Source: Octopus vulgaris (lineage: Eukaryota). From it: a stretch of 64,000 nucleotides of DNA. Positions 37,301 through 50,640 of this stretch are shown piece after piece. Every line of letters starts with the position of its first letter. The stretch's first letter is position 1. Below the pieces are notes generated by a model. That model saw only the letters and a program-made list of their open reading frames with translations, had not been told where the DNA came from and did no database searches. The DNA lies in the NCBI GenBank assembly GCA_951406725.2, contig OX597819.1, positions 71,114,001-71,178,000 of the forward strand, written 5' to 3'. Position numbers and translations under genes: made by a program.

Positions 37301-40300
37301 AATGAAACCTTTTTTTAATCATCCGATTTAATGATTGACTGTTCTGGGTTAATTTTTGATGTTGATTACAAATTTGAAGTCCGATTTCCTCTGTCAGGTC
37401 ACATTTTGATGTTAATGATACCTGCTGTTTTAACTTATAGGAAACGTAAAGCATGTCTATATAAGGTATATTGAATACAAGATCCGATAATTTCATGACT
37501 TTTTAGTGAACAAAATTAAAATTATTGTGTACAAATAAGTTAGAATACACTCAAATGCATAACAACTTAAAATCTTTGTGATTTGGACATTCTATGGTGT
37601 TTTGTATCAGATTCATCCCTGTATAACATCCAACTGTAGTCATCTAACATTCCTGCATACCAAAACCCCTGATATCGTTGTTCCATCGATGCAATATCTT
37701 GATGAAAGCGTTCCCCTTGCTCATCAGTCACTGCTCCAAGGTTCTCTGCAAAAAAGTCCAGATGTGAATCAAGGAAATGGACTTTTAGTGACATCCGACA
37801 GCCCATTGTAGCTGTCTAGAAGATATTTCACTCCATTTCTAAACTCTAGAGATCTCTTGTTGTCTAGGAAATTTTCATAGAGCCATTTGAAGGATTCCCA
37901 GGCTTTAAGCTCAATCTTATCCAGTGATGTGAGAAAGTGGCTGTCCTTCAGGAGTTGTTTTATCTGCGGACCTATGAATACGCCCTCCTTCAGTTTTGCT
38001 TCGGTGACTTTTGGAAATTTGGCCTTCACATATTCAAAACCTTTTGAGCTTTTCCTGGCAAGTGTTTTCACGAATTGTTTCATGAGGCCAAGCTTTATGT
38101 GAAGAGGGAGAAGAAGAACATTTTCTGGGTTTAAAAATGGCTTACTCTCTGGACGCTAGAAACTCCCAGCTCATATGATTTTTGCAAAGGCCACTCTGAT
38201 TGTACATAGTGCTTGGTAAAAAGCAACAATATTTCGTGAACCCAGATTGCATTCCCATCAACATTACGATCGCCTTCAAGTCTCCACATATTTTCCAGCT
38301 GTAGTTTGTATACTTTATGGCATTGAGGAGTACTTGCATGTTTTCATAACACTCCTTCATGTGCATTGAATGTCGTATGGGAATAGATGGTTTCTTATTG
38401 CCGTTGTGTAGTAGTATTGCCTTGAGGCTTCTCTTAGATGAATCAATGAAAAAGTGCCATTAAGCTGGAACATGCTCTTGGAACAAATAGCAAAATAACT
38501 CATCAGTGTTATTACTGAAACAAAGTGGTCCATCAACAGAGAAGCATGAAGTCAGATCCTATTTCTCTTCCTGAAATGAGTAATATAAACATCTTTCTTA
38601 AGCAGACACTCTTCTTGTAGGCGAGTTCAGCTTTATCCTTCAACAATGACAAGTCTCTAACTAAATCATTTAACTCTCCCTGAGAAAATTTCTGTGGTAC
38701 GTCTTCATTTTCAATCCTGAAATCTGCATCCAATTTGGTGTCTTCCACAGCAGTAGTATTTTCTTCAAGAAATATATCTTCGTCAGACATCTGAAGGCTA
38801 TTTTCTTGTGGTATTGGAATAGGAAGATCATCATCGTTGTGTGGCACTGGTCTTCTTGCTGATTCCAAGTTGGGATACACAATCTTATACTTGGTCTTTA
38901 CAGTAAACCTACATACATTATTAACGTTGCAGAAATAACAGTCCATGAAATGATCCTTTGGCTCTCTCTATACCATAGGTATTGCAAACGGCATTGCTCT
39001 CTTCCTCTTATTTAGCCAATCCCTTAATCCATTTGATGATGATGATGACTTGGGATCTTAAACAGAAAGTAAAATTTATGAAAAGTAAAGATTATGAAAA
39101 CATAAAATTACAAAATGAATAGAAATAGTTACAAAACAGAAATCAGCATGTACCTGTATAAAACGTTAACGAGTAGCGATACTGCAGATGGGAGTTATAT
39201 GCCTCTCTAATCTCATCAGAAAAACTGTGCCTGATAGAAGGAAACCGATTACATTTTTGAAAACTGTTAACAAAACTACATATAAAACACCGTATAATAT
39301 CCCTGATGGAAATTGGCTGTTGACCAGTGTAATTAGTATCGTTATCGATGTCTTCCTGCTGTCTACTCACCAGAATTTTAATTTTGTTTTTGAAAAATCT
39401 TTTAGTTGTGATGTGAAGAAGAAATTGAGGTCACTTTCCACAAGCTCGTGCCTTTTCAGTACTAATTCATCTGAAGGATTCTGTAAGCTTCGTAACAAAT
39501 GTTTCATGAATATTTTTATCTTGCACCATTTCTTTTCTTCTTGCAGCAGATTCTGGTTGTGAAGGTACTCGTAAATGTTTTCTGTGGTTATTGCTGCTAG
39601 TAGCTTCCACACTGTTAGTAAGCGGATGACTAATCTATAATTACTAGCAATATTAGCTTTGCATTTGTCTTAAATAAGAAGCAGTGATGCCCCTCTAATC
39701 ATCCATTATTACTAGTCCATACATTGGATCTTGTAATTATTCCCTCAGTCCCTCAAGTAAGGTACTAACTTTCTGTAATCAGAATGTTTGAACTAAATCA
39801 CTTCCTGGACCATCTAATTCAGCATATTTCCTAAAACTTTGCTCATTAATGATCTATTTAGTTTTAGAACTGGCTGCTTCCAACTGACAACTTCTTCCCT
39901 CAGTTCTTTAACCATTCTGCAACTCTATTATGATTTACTGGCTTATCCCAAATATTACTTCACAACTCTCTAGCTTCTTCTGCATTAAGTTTTCTCATCT
40001 TTAGTACTTTCTTCTCCACCATTTATTTGGATGTAAAACCTGAATGAACATATAGAGAGTTTGACACACAAGAAAAAACTAAGCTTTATGAGGTCTCCTA
40101 ACCGCAGATTTGATGTAAATGTAACTCAACACCAGAGTAATCATAAACACATGATCTTAGTTATCAAAAACAAAAAACGACCTCAAATGTCTGTTGGTGA
40201 AATGAAGACAATAATGTCCTCCACACCACTAACAATATTGCAACGATTATTGTGGCCACCTGCAAATTTTAAGACGAGAGAATGCCATAGGCCAACTATA

Positions 40301-43300
40301 CTGTAACTAGTTTTGTGGAAAGATACTCAAATGAATATGATCAGATTATATATGACTGTCTGGCCAATATCGAGCGAATATAACAAAGAACCTAAATTTA
40401 TGTAGAAGAAGGGAAATAACTGACCTTATACCAAACAAGCAAATCTATAATGTCATCCTATAAGCAATATGAGTATTTTAGGTAACTAAAGAAGTGATTT
40501 AATCTCATATTTTATCAAATTTTAATCGTCTTTTTTATAATAACCACCATAATCGATGTCCATCTTCCATCTACTCAACAGGACTTTAATTTCATTGGTG
40601 AAAACTGTTTTAGTTGTGATGTCAATGAAGAAAGTGAGCTCATTTTCGACATGCTTGGTCCTTTTGAGTTCTAATTCATCTAATGGATTTTGTAAGCTTG
40701 GAAACAAAGTTTTCATGAATATCATTATGTTGTATTTTCGTCGTCTTGCAACAACTTGTGGTTGTCAAGGTGCTCGTAAATGATCTTTGAGTGCATTGCT
40801 GTTTAATCGCTTCCACACCAATGGCAATGAAGTAACTCATCCATAATTACTATCTAAATTAGTTTGCGTTTGTCTTCAATAAGGAATACTGCTCTCCATT
40901 TAATCATCGAAATTTAATCCTGAAATTTTTGCAGCAGGCCCTCATGTAAGCTACTGAAAATCTGGAATCAGAACCTTTGAGGTAAATCTGTTCCTGGCCC
41001 ATCTAATTCAGAATATTTCATAACACTTTACTCATTAATGAACTATTTACTTTTAGATTCGGCTGCTTCCCACGGATAACTTCTTTCCTTACTTTCTTTA
41101 ATAATGCTGCATTTCCATTATTACTCCACAACTCTCTGGTTTCTTCTGAATTAAGTTCTCTCATCTTCGGTACTTTCTTCTACACTATTTATTTGGCTGT
41201 AAAACCCGATTGAACTTCTAGAGAGATTGGCAGGCAATAAACCACTAAGCTTTATGAGGTTTCCTCTCCACAGATTTGATGTCAATGCAATTCATCACCA
41301 GCGCAATAATAAACAGAATGTTCTGAGTTATCAAATAGAAAACATGACTGCATACGTCTGTTGGAGAAAGGGAGACAATAATGTCCTCCACCCCACCAAC
41401 AATAATGCAACGCTTACTGGAGTCACCTGCAAACCTACTGCAGGGTAAAAATGAGAAATAGGATTAAACCAACAGCACAATTACTAGTTTTGTGGAAGGA
41501 AACACAAATGAATATGGTCGCATTATATATGACTGATTGGCCATTATCGAGGGAATACACCATGGGACTAGAATTTGTAGGAAGATGTAAATAACTGACC
41601 TTAACCCAAACTGTAGTAAATGTATCAGGTCATCTAATAAACAATATTCGAATTATGGTTGAGAAAGGAAATTGATTTAATCTCACATTTTATTAAACTT
41701 TAATCATCCTCTTAATAATTGGCATCATTGCTCATGAATTGCCTGTATTTACTGATCAGATTTTCAATTTCATTTAAAAAAATCTCATTTGGTTTTCATG
41801 TGAAGAAGAAAGTGAGGTCACGTCCGATACCCATGCTCCTTTTGAGTACTAATTTATCTTAAGCATTCTGGAAGCTTCAAAAAAAAAACGTTTTCTTAAA
41901 AATCATTATCCTGCAACATTTCTGTTTTTCTTGCAGCAATTCCCCAGTTGTCAAGATGCTCGGAAATGCTTTCTGAAAGCATCCCTGCTAACAGCTTCCA
42001 CACTGATTGTAATCCAGTGACTGATATGTAACTACTAGCTACATTAGCCTTGCATTTGCCTTCAATAACGAGTACTGTTCTCCCTATAAAACGTCCAAGG
42101 TGGTATAACTACTCCATTCCTTCAAAACTGAAATTCCTCCCTCAGTCCCCGAAGTGAAATACTAAATTCCTTTAACCAGACCTTTAAACTAAATCTATGT
42201 AGTTTTAGATCTGGCTGTTTCCCACTAACAACCTCATCCTTTAGTTTCTTTAACTATGCTGCATCTCCATTATGTTTAACTGGATTATATCAAATACTAC
42301 TCCACAACTCTCTAGCTTCGTCAGTGGGTTTTCTCCCTTTCAGTACTTTCATCTACACCATTTATTTGCCTGTAAGTCCTGTATGAATATATAGAGAGAT
42401 TGGCTGCCAATAAACAGCCAAACTTTAAGATTTTTTTCTGTCACAGATTTGATGTCAATGCAACTCAATAACAATAATAAACAGATGTTCTGAGTTATCA
42501 AATCCAAAACCTCTCCAAGTACGTCTATTGGAGAAGGGATGACAATAATGTCCTCTACCCCACCAACAATAAAGCAGCACTTACTTGTTCCACTTCCACT
42601 CCTACACTATTACTTGTTTTGTGGAAAGATACTCAAATGAATATAGTTAGATTATCTATATGCTCGGTTGTCCAATATCGAGCGAACATGACAAAGAACA
42701 TAACTATATGTAGTAGAAGGGAAATAACTGACCTCATACCAAACTAGCAGATGTATCACTTCATTCCATAAGTAATATCCGAATTTTGAGTAAGAAAGAA
42801 AAGTGATTTAATATCATATTTATAAAACTTTAATAATCTTTTTTATAATTAGCATCATAATCGATGTCCTCCTTCTATCTACTCAACAGGTTTTTAATTT
42901 CATTGGTGAAAACTCTTTTAGTTGTGATGTGAAGAAGAAAGAGAGTGACTTTCGACACCATTGGACATTTTGAGTAGGTATTCATCTAAAGGATTTTGTA
43001 AAGTTGGAAACAAATTTTTCATGAATATTTTAATGGTGTAGCAACCCTTTCCTTCTTGCAACAAATTCTGGTTGTCAAGATGCTCGTAACTGCTTCCTGA
43101 GAGTATTCCTGTTAATAGCGTTCACACCAATGGCAATGAAGTGACTGGTGCTACTACTCCTTTCACTCAATCCTGAAACATTTCACTCAGCCCCTGAAGT
43201 AAGATGCTAAATTTCGGTAACCAGGACCTTTGAACTAGCTATATTAGCCTTTGGTTTTTCTTTTTTAAGGCGCGCTCCCCCTCCGCTAATCATTGAAGCT

Positions 43301-43440
43301 GGTATTACTCCTTCATTCAGTCAATCCTATAATTATTCCTTTAGTCTCTGAAGTAACATGCTAAATTTCCGTAAGCAGTACCTATGAACTAAACCTCTTC
43401 CTGAGCCCTTCTACTTCAACATATTTCAACCATGCTGCAT
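34323..43440 (-). repeat. Diverged ~1.2-kb macrosatellite of fused R4-RT and mariner fragments
   Basis: Recurring anchors (ttccaca = WKLL at ~36367, 39605, 40811, 41996, 43121; gatttgatgtcaatgca). Peptides WSNIWYKPVNHNGDAAWLK and WKLL...NLLQEE are joined to a mariner C-terminus SLQN...SRWK..ID..G.Y. Confidence 0.8.
37288..39329 (-). mobile_element. Chapaev3 (CMC) DNA transposon, decayed and internally deleted
   Basis: TIRs CACTGGTCAA / TTGACCAGTG with TAA TSD; motifs CYFC, ELNDLVRDLSL, FIDSS, ICGDLK, PLHIKLGLMKQFVK, SLKVHFLDSHLDFF, DEQGERFHQDI. Confidence 0.9.
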
Positions 43441-44146
43441 TTTTAATATAACAACACTGACATAACGACTTATGGAAGAATTGCCTTGATTATAATAGTA
43501 GACTTACCATAGTTAAATGTTATCAATCTAAATGTTAACTCCATACCTCTTTTGTTGAATTTCATATATTTCCAACTCTCTTAATTACTCTTCGTTCATT
43601 TTTCCTGAAAATTCTTTCTATCTCTACCATATGTGGTTCGTGAGCAAAACATTTCTTTACCCAGTTAACAATTCTCTGACTACTAAGTCTATTGTCATGA
43701 TATTTAAAACCTTTGGGTCATTCTAGGCTTAAAAGACAAGACCTTATTGACACACCGTATTCCACAAGAATTTCCGCTATCTTCTAGACTAAACACACAC
43801 ATACCCCCACCTAAGTTATACCTAAAATTAAAATATCAAAAACCGAATATCATCGATTCGTTTCAAATGCTCTTAGTGCTAAAACCTTGAATGAACATGC
43901 ATTGATACGTATAAGCGTGACTGAAGTTATGATGCAATTGAACCAACAGTCTGCAACAGAATGTCACATCCTAGCATATCTATGCCATAGTAATAGGTGT
44001 TGGACGCATGTATAAAGTGAATAATTTGTATGTGTTACTGTAAATATACAAGTGTTTGAGGATGTATAACTTTCCAATCTGTTACATACATACATACATA
44101 CATACATACATGCATGCATACATACATACATACATACATACATACA

Positions 44147-44194
<48 letters not shown>

Positions 44195-44199
44195 AAAGC

Positions 44200-45280
44200 A
44201 ACAAGGATATCCAGAGGTAATGCAGTACAATCGTTTCTTGCCACTCTATTTAATTGAACAATGCAATTATTACATCACTTTAAAATACACAGCAATCTTC
44301 AAGTGCACAAAGACATAGAATTTAATTAAATTAGAATAGATGGACACATTAGCGTAATTATATGTAAAATCTCCAAGAAGTTAAGGAGATAGACAAAGAA
44401 AATGCTGTTCTTACTCCAGCATAGAAGTTACTCAGTTTTTCAAGAATACTCCTTTATTAACACCAGCATATACCAATTAATCAATATTCACAGATACCAT
44501 CTGATGAGTTTGTATTTAAGTGTACAATATGTATAAATATTAAACTGTTTCTGGACAATTTCTTTTCTTCCCTCTATTGTGGTAAAAGTTTGGTATATAC
44601 TCAAAAGTATTAATAAATTTCTATCCTTTTGTTATAATATTCTTAATAATCCTCTGAATAGCCCTAAACTTTAACTGTATACAATATAGCAACATTGTTT
44701 AAAATATTTAACTATAGTACAACATGATAAGACTTCCCCCGTTCCATTATCAATGGTCTGCTATTGGGCGACCCACTTAATTGTCAGCTAACATCTTGTT
44801 TTAAATTTTCCTTTACCAAACCTCATGATATTGCTTCTAATAAATTTTGATTTTTATGACTATACCAACTATGATGTCTGTCATTTCCCTTAGCCCTACC
44901 CCCTAATGGATACCGCCCTCTGTTCTTTCAGCCTTAGATATACAAGAGTTTTGATAAACTAGTCTATAAATCATAACTGACCCCATAAAAACAAAAATCA
45001 GTGACAGGCAGAGTCTGTAACAATGTATATCTTCTTGAAAAGCTTAGTAACGTCTATGCTGGAGTAAGAACAGCATGTTCTTTGTCTATCTCCTTAACTT
45101 CTTGGATATTTTAGGTATAATTATACTAATGTGTCCATCTGTTCTAATTTAATTAAATTCTGTCTTTGTGAAGCTGAAGATAGCTCTGCATTTTAAATTG
45201 ATATAATGATTGCATTGTTCAATTAATATAGAGTGGAATGAAACAATCGTTCTTCATTACCTCTGGATATCCTTGTTCTT
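44200..45280. mobile_element. Penelope-like remnant bounded by inverted pseudo-LTRs (~44200-44425 and ~45054-45280)
   Basis: The two arms are diverged reverse complements and contain hammerhead motifs. Confidence 0.7.
45169..45256 (+). ncRNA. Partly degenerate type I hammerhead ribozyme
   Basis: tgaag-CTGAAGA-tagctct...agagtggaat-GAAA-caatcg-TT-cttca; perfect stem I, imperfect stems II and III. Confidence 0.55.
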
Positions 45281-45396
45281 TATTTTGATTTTAATCACCT
45301 TACTTTGAAATTGTATGGATAATACCGTACTAAATTCTGGTGCCTTAATTTAAGTACCTTATTCATTTGAATCTAAATTTTTGCTGAACTCATCTA

Positions 45397-45444
<48 letters not shown>

Positions 45445-45584
45445 ACATATATATATATACACATATATGAATATATATATATATTTATATATATACAAAC
45501 ATACATATATAAACACACATACATATTTATATATATATACAATTAGATACATACATACATATATACATATATATATATATACTA

Positions 45585-45875
45585 CTAGCAGTATCGCCCG
45601 GCGTTGCTCGGGTTGGTAAGGGAAATAACTATATAAGCATTTTTAGAGAGTTATTTCCCTTATATAAACCGAGCAAAAATCATTAAAAATGCGGAAAAAT
45701 TATGGTAATTTTTTTTAAAATCGTAGACTCACGCTAATACCCTGAAGGGCTCGATATGAATCACGACTATAAGATACCCGCTTTTGGTTAAACTGCACCG
45801 CAAAATGTGGGAGTAGTTAGGAATCTAAATCGGAGTAGACAGACACACACACAACTTTAGTTTTATATATAAAGA
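45585..45875 (-). mobile_element. Non-autonomous Helitron (~290 bp)
   Basis: Minus strand A|TCTTTATATATAAAAC...CCCGAGCAACGCCGGG (hairpin)...CTAG|T. Confidence 0.85.
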
Positions 45876-46579
45876 TATACTTATATATATTACTTACATA
45901 TATATTGTATATACACACATGCATACATACATATATACATGCATACATGCATACATACGTACATACATACATACATACATACATACGTACATACTTACAT
46001 ACATATACACACATATATATATGACATTCTCTACATAAAGTGTTAGTTAGCAATCAGATGAAAGAGACACGGTGAGAAAACGTGGCTGGCAACTGTACGA
46101 AAATCTTGTTATATTGGCTTTAGACTATGACAAATAGTAAATCTTCTTAAATTTGGAATTTCTCCAGAATGTTCCTTATCTAAAAGAAAGATATCTGAGA
46201 GAAAATAGAAGGGAGAATAGAAGAAAAGTGATAAAATTTGAACCTGTACGATAAAAAAAGTTTTGTGAGAAAAATTAAATATATGAAGCATGTGCAGTGG
46301 CGGGGGTGATGGTGGAGTATCTTTTATTCGTCTGCATAACTAATTAAATCTCATTTGTTTCTTAAGTACTTCAGAATTTTTGTACACAAATTAATATTGT
46401 AAAAATATTATAATATATTATAAAATATTATAATAATCCAGGTTTCTCGGAGCACTAGGCCACTTGGTGTTGCATAGATATACTATTAAATTAGTATCTA
46501 ATTCTCTCACCCTTATTAATTAATTATATATATATGTGTGTGTATTGCAAAGTAGATGTAACAAGATAGGCTTCCACAC

Positions 46580-46687
46580 AAAATGAACAAAGTGGTTCAT
46601 TTTAAAACCAAATTTAATGGTAGTGATATGCCTTATATTTCCTATTACTAAAATACAAAGGATTTACCTTTCCGAGGAATGTTGCCA

Positions 46688-46732
<45 letters not shown>

Positions 46733-47092
46733 TGTGTGCATATATATATACGTACCAGAAGATGGTAAACAACATTTCAATGAAAATTTGTTTACGTTAG
46801 ATAATAACCATGAGAAGTAATCGCGTTCAATAGAAACTGTCATGTGTAAACAAGAATGCTTATAACAAGAATCATAACGGTTACTAAGAACAACAAAAGT
46901 TTATCATTGTGAAAAACTTTCTTCAAAATGAACAAAGTGGTTCATTTTAAAGCCAAATTTAATGGTAGTGATATGCCTTATATTTCCTATTACTAAAATA
47001 CAAAGGATTTACCTTTCCGAGGAATGTTGCCAGGATATATATATATATATATGTTTGTGTGTATATATATATACGTACCAGAAGATGGTAAA
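46580..47092. repeat. Direct duplication of ~190 bp (period ~345 bp)
   Basis: aaaatgaacaaagtggttcattttaaa...accagaagatggtaaac at ~46580 and ~46925. Confidence 0.85.
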
Positions 47093-47626
47093 CTTTATCA
47101 TAAAATTATAAAGGTATTTACTATTTCTATTCAAATGTGTTTTTAACCACCTTTTGTTTCGTCGTTGTTTTAACTCACTAATCACTCTTACATATACCTA
47201 TGCACAACACGAATGTGTGTGTGTGTGTGTGTGTGTATGTGTTTGTACAGCCTAAAATATACACCCTTCTCTCATCCCAATTGTGTGTCCCTTTTCTCAG
47301 TCATACACTGTTTCCTTCTCTCAGCTGTACAGTGTAGCAATAGTTTACTTTTCAAATTCTAATGTTCTTGCGTTTCCTGCAGATGTTTGCTCAATTAATC
47401 GATAAAATTATTCAAATTTGTATTTCATCTTTATTATTAAATTACTGTTCAATTTTATAATAAATTCTTTTGTACTTACACAGCGTTGTAAATGCATTTT
47501 TCAAAATTATTATAATTGTAATAATAATGAATCCGTGTTTCATTTAAGTCTAAGAAAATAATGATAAGAAACCAAGAACAAAAAAAAAATAACAATAATG
47601 AAAATAAACGCGTGAATCATACGAAT

Positions 47627-47824
47627 TTAGAAGCCGCGACTTTTGCAACGTAAAATTGGCAAAATTTCACCGTTTTTCCATTTTCTTCGAGCTTCCTTCA
47701 TTTCTCCACCATTACCATGACAAGGTGCAACATTTACTTCATCGTCTAAAAGGCCATTTCTTCGTAAAATTGCAACTGCTTTCATCTCGTCACTGATCAA
47801 ATTGTAAAAACCTTTAGCCAACAC
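47627..47824 (-). mobile_element. Possible Merlin/IS1595-like transposase N-terminal remnant
   Basis: FYNLISDEMKAVAILRRNGLL...C....M...ILRC resembles the N-terminal zinc-ribbon region; weak match. Confidence 0.35.
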
Positions 47825-47983
47825 ATAAGGGTTTTTAGAAATTGAAAAGTAAATTAAAATCTAACCTAAAGTATCCTTCCCATAAGTTGTCGATCACACG
47901 CATAAGTAGCAGCCTTAATATTGAAGTAGAAATGTGATTGAAGAGAAGAGAAGGGATGGAAAGAAAGGGTACAAGATAGATTC

Positions 47984-48049
<66 letters not shown>

Positions 48050-48053
<4 letters not shown>

Positions 48054-48490
48054 AAAGAGGAAAACTAGTTAAGAGTAACAACATCACACTAGATAAAACC
48101 AATGAAATAAAAGAATTAGACCAAAGCCAAACTTACAAATACTTAGGAATCCATGAACTAGATAAGACACAACACACACAAATGAAAGAGAAAATAAAAA
48201 AAGAATATTATAGACGAGTTAGATCAATACTAAAAACAGAGCTCAATGCTAAAAACAAGATAATAGGTATCAACACTTTAGCTGTCCCAGTTATAAGTTA
48301 CAGCTACAATATCCTTAACTGGACACGAAGTGAACTGTCCAAAATAGATAGGAAAACAAGAAAAATAATGACAGGATCTAGGATGCATCACCCAAAATCT
48401 GACATAGAAAGACTATATGTACAACGTATAGAAGGTGGTAGAGGCCTTATACAGCTGGAAAACTACTATAAAATAACCACCATAGGACTG
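48050..48490 (+). mobile_element. R4/Dong family C internal fragment fused to array 3
   Basis: Essentially identical to 24794-25233; preceded by (TAA)n at 47985-48049. Confidence 0.9.
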
Positions 48491-50640
48491 ACAACTGTTC
48501 ATGAAAAGTAACTAGAATTGACAGCAGTCGATGAAAAGTAACTAAAGTGGACGGTAGCTGAGGTAAAGTAACTAGAGTGGACAACTGTCCATGAAAAGTA
48601 ACTAGAGTGGACAGCAGTTGATGAAAAGTAACTAGAGTGGACCACAGTCGATGAAAAGTAACTAGAGTGGACAGCAGTCGAGGTAAAGTAAATTGATTGG
48701 ACGATTGTTGATAAAAAGTAACTAGAGTGGACAACTGTCCATGAAAAGTAACTAGAGTGGACAGCAGTTGATGAAAAGTAACTAGAATTGACAACAGTTG
48801 ATGAAAAGTAACTAGAGTGGACGATAGCTGAGGAAAAGTAACTAGAGTGGACAATTGTCCATGAAAAGTAACTAGAATGGACAGCAGTTGATGAAAAGTA
48901 ACTAGAATTGACAACAGTTGATGAAAAGTAACTAGAGTGGACGGTAGCTGAGGTAAAGTAACTAGAGTGGACAACTGTTCATGAAAAGTAACTAGAGTGG
49001 ACAGCAGTTGATGAAAAGTAACTAGAATTGACAACAGTTGATGAAAAGTAACTAAAGTGGACGGTAGCTGAGGTAAAGTAACTAGAGTGGACAACTGTTC
49101 ATGAAAAGTAACTAGAGTGGACAGCAGTTGATGAAAAGTAACTAGAATTGACAACAGTTGATGAAATGTAACTACAGTGGACGGTAGCTGAGGTAAAGTA
49201 ACTAGAGTGGACAACTGTTCATGAAAAGTAACTAGAGTGGACAGCAGTTGATGAAAAGTAACTAGAATTGACAGTAGTCGATGAAAAGTAACTAGAGTGG
49301 ACGGTAGCTGAGGTAAAGTAACTAGAGTGGACAACTGTTCATGAAAAGTAACTAGAATTGACAGCAGTCGATGAAAAGTAACTAGAGTGGACGGTAGCTG
49401 AGGTAAAGTAACTATAGTGGACAACTGTCCATGAAAAGTAACTAGAGTGGACAGCAGTTGATGAAAAGTAACTAGAATTGACAGTAGTCGATGAAAAGTA
49501 ACTAGAGTGGACGGTAGCTGAGGTAAAGTAACTAGAGTGGACAACTGTTCATGAAAAGTAACTAGAATTGACAGCAGTCGATGAAAAGTAACTAGAGTGG
49601 ACGGTAGCTGAGGTAAAGTAACTATAGTGGACAACTGTCCATGAAAAGTAACTAGAGTGGACAGCAGTTGATGAAAAGTAACTAGATTGGACCACAGTCG
49701 ATGAAAAGTAACTAGAGTGGACAGCAGTCGAGGTAAAGTAAATTGATTGGACGATTGTTGATGAAAAGTAACTTGAGTGGACTACTGTCCATGAAAAGTA
49801 ACTAGAGTGGACAGCAGTTGATGAAAAGTAACTAGAATTGACAACAGTTGATGAAAAGTAACTAGAGTGGACGATAGCTGAGGAAAAGTAACTAGAGTGG
49901 ACAATTGTCCATGAAAAGTAACTAGAATGGACAGCAGTTGATGAAAAGTAACTAGAATTGACAACAGTTGATGAAAAGTAACTAGAGTGGACGGTAGCTG
50001 AGGTAAAGTAACTAGAGTGGACAACTGTTCATGAAAAGTAACTAGAGTGGACAGCAGTTGATGAAAAGTAGCTAGAATTGACAGTAGTCGATGAAAAGTA
50101 ACTAGAGTGGACGGTAACTGAGGTAAAGTAACTAGAGTGGACAACTGTTCATGAAAAATAACTAGAATTGACAGCAGTCGATGAAAAGTAACTAGAGTGG
50201 ACGGTAGCTGAGGTAAAGTAACTAGAGTGGACAACTTTCCATGAAAAGTAACTAGAGTGGACAGCAGTTGATGAAAAGTAACTAGAGTGGACCACAGTCG
50301 ATGAAAAGTAACTAGAGTGGACAGCAGTCGAGGTAAAGTAAATTGATTGGACGATTGTTGATGAAAAGTAACTTGAGTGGACAACTGTCCATGAAAAGTA
50401 ACTAGAGTGGACAGCAGTTGATGAAAAGTAACTAGAATTGACAACAGTTGATGAAAAGTAACTAGAGTGGACGATAGCTGAGGAAAAGTAACTAGAATGG
50501 ACAGCAGTTGATGAAAAGAAACTAGAGTGGACCACAGTCGATGAGAAGTAACTAGATTGGGCAGCAGTCGAGGTAAAGTAAATTGATTGGACGATTGTTG
50601 ATGAAAAGTAACTTGAGTGGACAATAGTCGATGAAAAGCT
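48489..50640 (-). repeat. 30-bp tandem array 3 (~71 units), exon 5 of copy 2
   Basis: Same unit as arrays 1 and 2; a single TAG in the LVT frame at 49782-49784. Confidence 0.95.

Noticed and set aside
44495-44560. Additional hammerhead at CTGATGA (44501)
   Set aside because: No matching GAAA or stem structure downstream.
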